The position numbers and the translations under genes were made by a program. Below, piece after piece: positions 57,977 through 64,000 of a stretch of DNA of 64,000 nucleotides. The DNA is taken from assembly GCA_016193485.1 (NCBI GenBank), contig JACPRZ010000043.1, forward strand, positions 96,944 to 160,943, written 5' to 3'. The DNA is from Bacteroidota bacterium (GTDB taxonomy: Bacteria > Bacteroidota > Bacteroidia > JACPRZ01). Under the pieces are notes generated by a model that saw nothing but the letters and a program-made list of their open reading frames with translations, was not told the origin of the DNA and made no database searches. Each line of letters opens with the position of its first letter. The stretch's first letter is position 1.

Positions 57977-58203
57977 ACAGATTAAAAACAAAATAGATAT
58001 ATGTCTGAATTGTTATTCAAAGTGGAAACTCACAAAATAATGCGAACCCTAAATTATCTTGCTGCTTCCAAACTAAAAGTCGGATTAATCGTAAATTTCG
58101 GGAAAGATTTTTTAGAATGGAAAAGATTAGTATTATAAAAAATAATCCGTGCAATCAGTGGCTGCATTTTTTTTCTACTGAGTAGGCACAAAAAAAATCC
58201 TGA

Positions 58204-59265
58204 ATGGCGGTTTTTTCAATACCCGGTGCAAAAATTTCTGGAATATCCGCCTGTGTTCCTTCTGAAATCAGGTATACGAAAAATTACGACAGGATGAGCG
58301 AAAATGAAAAGAATCTCTTTATTAAAACGGTAGGAGTTGAAAGCCGAAGAGTAACCGGAAAGGGAATGACAACGCTTGATTTATGCGTAACAGCAGCCGA
58401 AAAACTTATTACTGAATTGGGATGGAACAGGAATGAAATTGAACTGTTGGTTTTTATCACTCAATCAAAAGATTATTACCTGCCCGGTAACGGCACCATT
58501 GCTCAGGATAAATTACGGCTAAGCAGGAATTGCATGGCATTTGATATTGGTCTTGGTTGTTCGGGATATATCTACGGGTTATCAGTGGCTGCAAGTATTT
58601 TGCGGGCTGCCGGAATTAAAAAAGCATTGCTGCTGGCAGGAGATATTTCCACCGTTAACACTTCGTACGAAGATAAAAGCGTATTTCCTTTATTTGGCGA
58701 TGCCGGCACTGCAACAGCCATTGAAAATAGTTCTGATTCCGGGAAATGGAGTTTTAATCTTTTCAGCGATGGTTCAGGGTTTGAATCCATCATGATCCCC
58801 GATGGCGGAATGAGAAACCGGATTTCGCAGGATTCATCGTTTGTTTACCGCACTTTTGAAAATGGAAATTCGCGGACTCCCTTGCATCTGGCGCTAAAAG
58901 GGATTGACATTTTTAATTTTTCCATCGGTGAAGTTCCCCGTTCTGTCAGAGAACTTTTGGCCTTTGAAAACAGAACTATCGGAGATTTTGATTATTTTAT
59001 CCTTCACCAGGCAAATAAACTGATGAATGAAACCATTCGTAAAAAACTCGGTATTGAAAAAAATAAAGTTCCGTATTCAATTCAAAAATTCGGAAATACA
59101 AGTTCTGCATCTATTCCTCTTACTGTAGTTACTGAACTGGGTCAGAAGGCAAGAGAAAATAATCTCTCGCTGTTTTTGAGCGGTTTTGGCGTTGGATTAT
59201 CATGGGGAAATGTATCGTTGAATACAAATCATATTGTTTGTCCTGAAATAATTAATGCCGGCTGA
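58204..59265 (+). CDS. 3-oxoacyl-ACP synthase III-like (KAS III family) protein, second copy
   Basis: Active-site Cys context FDIGLGCSGYIYG, His in FILHQANKL, Asn in QKFGNTSSASIP. Confidence 0.8.
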   Translation: MAVFSIPGAKISGISACVPSEIRYTKNYDRMSENEKNLFIKTVGVESRRVTGKGMTTLDLCVTAAEKLITELGWNRNEIELLVFITQSKDYYLPGNGTIAQDKLRLSRNCMAFDIGLGCSGYIYGLSVAASILRAAGIKKALLLAGDISTVNTSYEDKSVFPLFGDAGTATAIENSSDSGKWSFNLFSDGSGFESIMIPDGGMRNRISQDSSFVYRTFENGNSRTPLHLALKGIDIFNFSIGEVPRSVRELLAFENRTIGDFDYFILHQANKLMNETIRKKLGIEKNKVPYSIQKFGNTSSASIPLTVVTELGQKARENNLSLFLSGFGVGLSWGNVSLNTNHIVCPEIINAG

Positions 59266-60005
59266 TGATTGATTTAACCGGAAAAAATATTTTGATAACC
59301 GGTGCATCGTCCGGTATTGGAAGGGAAACGGCTATTCTGGCCGGTAACCTTGGTGCCGTGGTAACGGTGACGGGGAGAAATAAGAACCGCCTGGATGAGA
59401 CATTTCAGCGGCTTAAAGGGAAAAATAACCTGCAGTTTGTTGCCGATTTATCGGAAGAAAAAAATATCGTTGAACTTACCGGGCATCTTCCGGAATTTGA
59501 CGGGATTGTTCATTGTGCCGGAATAACCAGTCCGATGCCGGTAAAATTCATCAGGGAAAAGCATTTGCAGGAAGTTTTTAAAATAAATTATTTCGCGTCT
59601 GTTTTACTGACCGGATCTCTTTTGAGCAAAGGGAAAATCAAAAATGCTTCTTCCATTATCTTTGTATCATCCGTATCCACTCAACTGCCTTATTTCGGGG
59701 GAACAGCATACATTGCTTCAAAAGCGGCAACCGAATCCTATTGTAAGACATTGGCTTTTGAATTGGCCCCGCAAAAAATAAGGGTGAATTGCATTTCACC
59801 GGGATTGGTAAGGACCGCAGTATATGAAGAGATGAGAACCGGTTACGGAGACGAAAAAATGGAGGAATACGAAAAAAAATACCCGCTCGGGTTTGGCAAA
59901 CCGGCTGATGTTGCCAATGCCGTTGTTTTTTTACTTTCGGATGCTTCCGGTTGGATTACCGGCACCATAATCAATCTTGACGGAGGATTATTACTTGGCA
60001 GATGA
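59265..60005 (+). CDS. SDR-family oxidoreductase (ketoreductase-like)
   Basis: Rossmann motif ILITGASSGIGRE; catalytic YIASKAA (YxxxK); 1-nt overlap with the upstream gene. Confidence 0.85.
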   Translation: MIDLTGKNILITGASSGIGRETAILAGNLGAVVTVTGRNKNRLDETFQRLKGKNNLQFVADLSEEKNIVELTGHLPEFDGIVHCAGITSPMPVKFIREKHLQEVFKINYFASVLLTGSLLSKGKIKNASSIIFVSSVSTQLPYFGGTAYIASKAATESYCKTLAFELAPQKIRVNCISPGLVRTAVYEEMRTGYGDEKMEEYEKKYPLGFGKPADVANAVVFLLSDASGWITGTIINLDGGLLLGR

Positions 60006-60922
60006 AACCCGCAGCGTATTCCATTATCATTCCCGTTTATAATGGCGGAAAATTTTTGCCTGAACTTTTCCATCGGTTACTGACCATATGCAAAAATTAT
60101 GAAAAAACCGAAATAATTTTTGTGGATGACGGAAGTTATGATGACAGTTGGAAGGTAATTGAGAAAATCAAGGAAGAAAACAGCGATTTGGTTACCGGAA
60201 TAAAACTCTCCAGAAATTTCGGACAGCATAACGCCACTATGTGCGGGTTTTACCATTGCACCGGTGATTTTATTATTACCATTGATGATGACCTTGAGAT
60301 GCTGCCGGAAGATATTCCTCTTCTCATTGAAAAGCAAAAAGAGAATAATGCCGATCTGACTTATGGCATCAATGATAATTTTTCACACATTTCGCTTCGC
60401 GGGCTGCTTACCGCCACCTACAAACGTGCATCCTTACTGGAGGGGAGGTACAGGGGGAAAGGATCAGGTTTCCGGCTTTTAAAAAAATCTCTTGTTGAAA
60501 ACATTAAGAACAATACGGGGAATTTTGTTTTTATTGATGAATTTTGCATGTGGTACACTTCCAATATTGATTATGTAAATGTTCAATCTTCTTTTTCAGG
60601 AAAAAAGAAAAGTTCGGGTTACACCCTGGCTAAATTATCCGCGCTTACAAGAAAATTAATTGTCATATCCACTGTTATTCCCCTGAGAGTAATTACTAAT
60701 CTCGGCTTGATTGTGGCTGTAATAAATTTATTGCTGGGAATGAGAATTATCATTAAAAAACTCTTTTTCAACGTTCCCCTCGGGTACACTTCTATTATTG
60801 TGGGCATCTTATTTTCCACCGGGTTAATTATGTTCAGCATCGGTATTTTGGGAGAATACCTTGGCATTGTCGTTCGCTCCGTTACAAAAATGCCGCCATT
60901 CAATATTGATAAAAAAATATGA
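60002..60922 (+). CDS. GT2-family polyprenyl-phosphate glycosyltransferase (GtrB/ArnC/DPM1-like)
   Basis: YSIIIPVYNGG...IIFVDDGSYDDS...ITIDDDLE (GT-A DxD fold) with two C-terminal TM helices. Confidence 0.8.
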   Translation: MKPAAYSIIIPVYNGGKFLPELFHRLLTICKNYEKTEIIFVDDGSYDDSWKVIEKIKEENSDLVTGIKLSRNFGQHNATMCGFYHCTGDFIITIDDDLEMLPEDIPLLIEKQKENNADLTYGINDNFSHISLRGLLTATYKRASLLEGRYRGKGSGFRLLKKSLVENIKNNTGNFVFIDEFCMWYTSNIDYVNVQSSFSGKKKSSGYTLAKLSALTRKLIVISTVIPLRVITNLGLIVAVINLLLGMRIIIKKLFFNVPLGYTSIIVGILFSTGLIMFSIGILGEYLGIVVRSVTKMPPFNIDKKI

Positions 60923-61527
60923 AACTGGAACAGTACGGAATAACCCTTTCAAGAATTACATCCGATGATATTGAATTGGTGAGAAACATGAGAAATGCAC
61001 CGCACGTCAGAAGCACAATGGCTTACCGGAGGTATATTACGAAATCAATGCAAAAAAAGTGGTTTGAACGTGTAAATAATCCGCTGAATTATTATTTGCT
61101 CATCTCGTATCGGAATGAAAAAATCGGAGTTATCAACATTAAAAATATCCGCTTGGATGAAAAATGGGGCGAAGGAGGTATTTTTATTCATGAAAAAAAT
61201 TACTGGAACACTCCTGTTCCGGTGTTGGCTTCACTGTGCCTGCTGAATTTTATTTTTTTTCAGTTAAAAATAACCGATAAATCATTCATAAAAATTTTAA
61301 AAGATAATTTGCCTTCCATCCGTTACAATAAAATACTTGGCTATGTTTTGGTCCCTTATCAGGAAAAAAAGAAGAATCAGCTCTATGTGCTCACTAAAGA
61401 TGCGTACATTGAAAAAACCGAAAAACTCCGTAAAGCCGCAACCATCTTTTCTGGTGATACTGAATTACCGAGATTAACCGGGGTAAAAAGTCCGTTGAAT
61501 CTTGAACAAATGAACATCATGCTTTAA
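60919..61527 (+). CDS. GNAT-like N-acetyltransferase (PseH-like), tentative
   Basis: LSRITSDDIELVRNMRNAPHVRSTM...WFERVNNPLNYYLLISYRNEKIGVINIKNI resembles the PseH/sugar N-acetyltransferase pattern; 4-nt overlap with the GT2 gene. Confidence 0.45.
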   Translation: MKLEQYGITLSRITSDDIELVRNMRNAPHVRSTMAYRRYITKSMQKKWFERVNNPLNYYLLISYRNEKIGVINIKNIRLDEKWGEGGIFIHEKNYWNTPVPVLASLCLLNFIFFQLKITDKSFIKILKDNLPSIRYNKILGYVLVPYQEKKKNQLYVLTKDAYIEKTEKLRKAATIFSGDTELPRLTGVKSPLNLEQMNIML

Positions 61528-61576
61528 AAATATCCTGACGTTCTACCCCTGGGGTATTTATTCACAAGTATAAATA

Positions 61577-62809
61577 TTACTTAAGCACATCTGCCAAACA
61601 CACAGGAATAAGTTTATTATCTTTTATTGTTACGTCAGGACAATTTAAACAATATTCAATTTCGCCATCATAAGTAACATTTGGCCCTTGCTGAAAGATC
61701 ATCGTTTTAAAATTCAGTGTAGAACCTGGTTTTAACAAGTTGGACAGAAATAATATTGTCTTCATTATTGTTAAAGGATTTAAACTGAACAATGCATACA
61801 ACAAACACTTGTAAAATATTTTTTTCTTGTTCCAGATAATATCAAAAGGATACTTTCCCGTTTTTTTTATATGCAACTGATTTCCAACTTTTGCAATATG
61901 TTTAAAATCAATATTCGTATGCAATAGTTTTGTTTTGCAATTTTTTAATTGGATAACAAATGTTAAATAAAATATCCATCTTTTCTCGGATATATTTTTA
62001 GTTGATGGGATATAACCATATGGTAATAAATTAAACTGATGATTTAAATATGCAATAACTTCTTCATTCAAAACAACTTCATTGTCTAAAATTGTAGGTA
62101 CAAGCCGGTTAGGCAGGATTGAGGATTTCGGGATATTGTTTGCAATTAATTCAAAATCCGTACAGCAGGTAACCAATAATGATTGATGCATTTTATTGTT
62201 AAAGAAGCAAGAAATAAATTCGCTAAAATTCGCCAAATCGCTTTTATACAAAGTTATTTCAAGTGCACACCGTATTCCGTTTTTAATAATCTTGTTTGAT
62301 ATATTTGTGCGTAATTCTATCAGATCCTTTCTGTCGAAATTTTCTTTCAAATCCGGTCTTTTTTGGTGCTCATCAATATGAAGAAAAATCTTATTTATTT
62401 TTGATTTTTTATACTCGGCAAGCTTTTTATCAGTTAATGCAAAACCGTTACTTAATACATCAACCAAAATCCCTTTATTTGAAATATATTTAATGACTTC
62501 TGATAATTCCGGGTGTAAAGTGGGTTCTCCGCCAGCAAGTGTTATCAAATGTAAATTTCTCTTTGTTATAATAAAATCAATTTCATTTTTGATGATTTCC
62601 AGAGGTTTTGTATAGTCAGATTGGTCTTTGTAACATGCTTTACAGGAGATATTGCATTTTTGATTTACTTCAATTACGGCATGAGGAATATTTTTCCCGC
62701 TAAATGGCATTTTATAGAGTTTATTTACTGCCACTGTATTTTTAATCTTAGGATTCATAATTATACAATAATAAAACAAACTTATTAATAACTTTATGAC
62801 ATAGGTCAT
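61577..62809 (-). CDS. radical SAM protein with Cys-rich C-terminal (SPASM/twitch-like) region
   Basis: CNISCKACY (CxxxCxxC) followed by a GGEP-type motif (LAGGEPTLHP); C-terminal cysteines (VTCC, EYCLNCPD...PVC); AT-rich. Confidence 0.7.
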   Translation of the reverse strand: MTYVIKLLISLFYYCIIMNPKIKNTVAVNKLYKMPFSGKNIPHAVIEVNQKCNISCKACYKDQSDYTKPLEIIKNEIDFIITKRNLHLITLAGGEPTLHPELSEVIKYISNKGILVDVLSNGFALTDKKLAEYKKSKINKIFLHIDEHQKRPDLKENFDRKDLIELRTNISNKIIKNGIRCALEITLYKSDLANFSEFISCFFNNKMHQSLLVTCCTDFELIANNIPKSSILPNRLVPTILDNEVVLNEEVIAYLNHQFNLLPYGYIPSTKNISEKRWIFYLTFVIQLKNCKTKLLHTNIDFKHIAKVGNQLHIKKTGKYPFDIIWNKKKIFYKCLLYALFSLNPLTIMKTILFLSNLLKPGSTLNFKTMIFQQGPNVTYDGEIEYCLNCPDVTIKDNKLIPVCLADVLK

Positions 62810-62893
62810 GTATTTTGAGTGCCTTTTTATTGAATTTTGGTTTTAAGTAAAATTTGTAGTAAACATTCATATTTTTGGGGGTAACTATATACA

Positions 62894-63343
62894 ATGGACG
62901 ACAATACTTTTAATACTGGAATTTACTTAGCTGAGAAAAGCTTTCAGAATATTTATAAAAAGCATAATTATTTTATGGAAAAGTATTTTAACCATTCCAT
63001 ACCAAAAAAAGGATTATCCACAGGGTTCATTCCATATAATATTGATTTTTCTAAATTAGCGCAACGGAATATTATTTTGACCGGGGATGCCGCTGGCCTT
63101 TGCGATAAAATGTTTGGTCATGGAGTTGATAATGCCATAATATCCGGATATCTTGCCATTGAAAGTATTTGTAATGCTGAAAATACAAATAACACATACC
63201 CGCTTAATGAAATTTACCGTTATAAATTAGGAAAGTATCTTAATAAATCACTTTCTTACGCTATAAAAACCTACGAAACTTTAAAGGAAAATAAAGTAAA
63301 TTATTTGGATTCATTGGAAGCGCTTATAAAACCAGGTGTCTAA
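62894..63343 (+). CDS. truncated FAD-dependent oxidoreductase (geranylgeranyl reductase/halogenase-like C-terminal fragment)
   Basis: IILTGDAAGLCDKMFGHGVDNAIISGYLA is the second FAD-binding motif of this family, but the N-terminal Rossmann part is missing (only 149 aa). Confidence 0.4.
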   Translation: MDDNTFNTGIYLAEKSFQNIYKKHNYFMEKYFNHSIPKKGLSTGFIPYNIDFSKLAQRNIILTGDAAGLCDKMFGHGVDNAIISGYLAIESICNAENTNNTYPLNEIYRYKLGKYLNKSLSYAIKTYETLKENKVNYLDSLEALIKPGV

Positions 63344-63354
63344 TTTGTTCTACT

Positions 63355-64000
63355 ATGAAATTTGCAGATCAATTTGATACAATTTTTTATTCTTCAAAAG
63401 TTAATGAAAATGTCAGGTTGATATTAAACGAGGGTTCTGCCCATGACTTATTTATCAACTATTTTGGAGTTAATTATAATGAAACAGACATTGTTTCGGT
63501 TAAGTTATATTTTTCTTTTTTTGAAAGACCATCCGAAAATATTTTAAGTGAATTTGGCATAAATGAAAAGCACAGAGGGCTTATCTTTACTAACTGGATG
63601 CCTTCAAAAAGGTATGATTTTATCCACCAGGGATTAACCCTTGGGTTAAAATGTTACCTTAAAAATAATGAGATAATAATTAATAAATACATCCATTTTA
63701 GAACAACAGAATTTGCATTAGGGTTTCCGGATGAAATAAAATTACTAAAGGAAGATAGAAACTGCCCCGGCATTTGCCTTGAATTTCATGAGGAGGTAAC
63801 CGAAGTAAAAAAATACTATTATATTACCTCTGCTGAAAATAAATCAAAAATCATTAAAAATTTTGGAATAGAAGCAATTGTTAAACATAACGATATAAGC
63901 ATGATAGAATACACAGAAAGCGAATTAGGGAGAAAAATAAACCTGGCGGTTAACAGGGCGGATACTGTTAAAACTATTTTAATGAAAGAAAATAATAAAT
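63355..64000 (+). CDS. hypothetical protein, 3' end beyond window
   Basis: Open frame from ATG at 63355 to the window end (215 codons, no stop); AT-rich; no motif recognised. Confidence 0.4.
   Translation, partial: MKFADQFDTIFYSSKVNENVRLILNEGSAHDLFINYFGVNYNETDIVSVKLYFSFFERPSENILSEFGINEKHRGLIFTNWMPSKRYDFIHQGLTLGLKCYLKNNEIIINKYIHFRTTEFALGFPDEIKLLKEDRNCPGICLEFHEEVTEVKKYYYITSAENKSKIIKNFGIEAIVKHNDISMIEYTESELGRKINLAVNRADTVKTILMKENNK

Noticed and set aside
1-64000. tRNA, rRNA or other canonical RNA genes
   Set aside because: Scanning gene-free stretches (12685-12824, 18506-18630, 23955-24224, 45662-46615 and others) showed no tRNA-like T-arm/anticodon-arm motifs and no rRNA-like sequence; none reported. 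A small RNA in 45662-46615 cannot be excluded.

Overview
The window reads as a chromosomal segment from a Bacteroidota-type bacterium, judged from T9SS hallmarks (PorP/SprF, C-terminal sorting domains, GEVED domains), a fused LpxC/FabZ and giant repeat adhesins. All calls come from reading the six-frame translations and the DNA by eye; no database search was run. Housekeeping genes present: recO, aroA, lpxA, lpxC/fabZ, holA, skp, an ABC ATPase and an OmpA-family protein. Accessory content: (1) an MT-A70 methyltransferase with a small putative restriction endonuclease at the left edge; (2) a low-GC island at about 24.0-29.9 kb holding a Type IIG-like N6-adenine methyltransferase gene split by a frameshift, plus a tightly coupled ABC-type ATPase and small acidic-N-terminus partner that looks like an uncharacterised PARIS/RloAB-like defence pair; (3) cyanophycinase and isoaspartyl peptidase genes bracketing porP; (4) two paralogous periplasmic-sensor PP2C phosphatases; (5) two tandem retropepsin-like aspartic protease genes next to a tail-fibre-like repeat protein and a DUF4258/DUF2283-like toxin-antitoxin pair; (6) giant T9SS/GEVED adhesin genes, one disrupted by frameshifts and a direct repeat; (7) a KAS III-ACP-KAS III-SDR-GT2-GNAT cluster followed by an AT-rich radical SAM islet. 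Several families of short palindromic repeats recur in intergenic regions, some nested and two apparently inserted in-frame in a coding sequence. No rRNA, tRNA or CRISPR array was recognised. The strongest candidates for an undescribed system are the ATPase-partner pair and the retropepsin pair.
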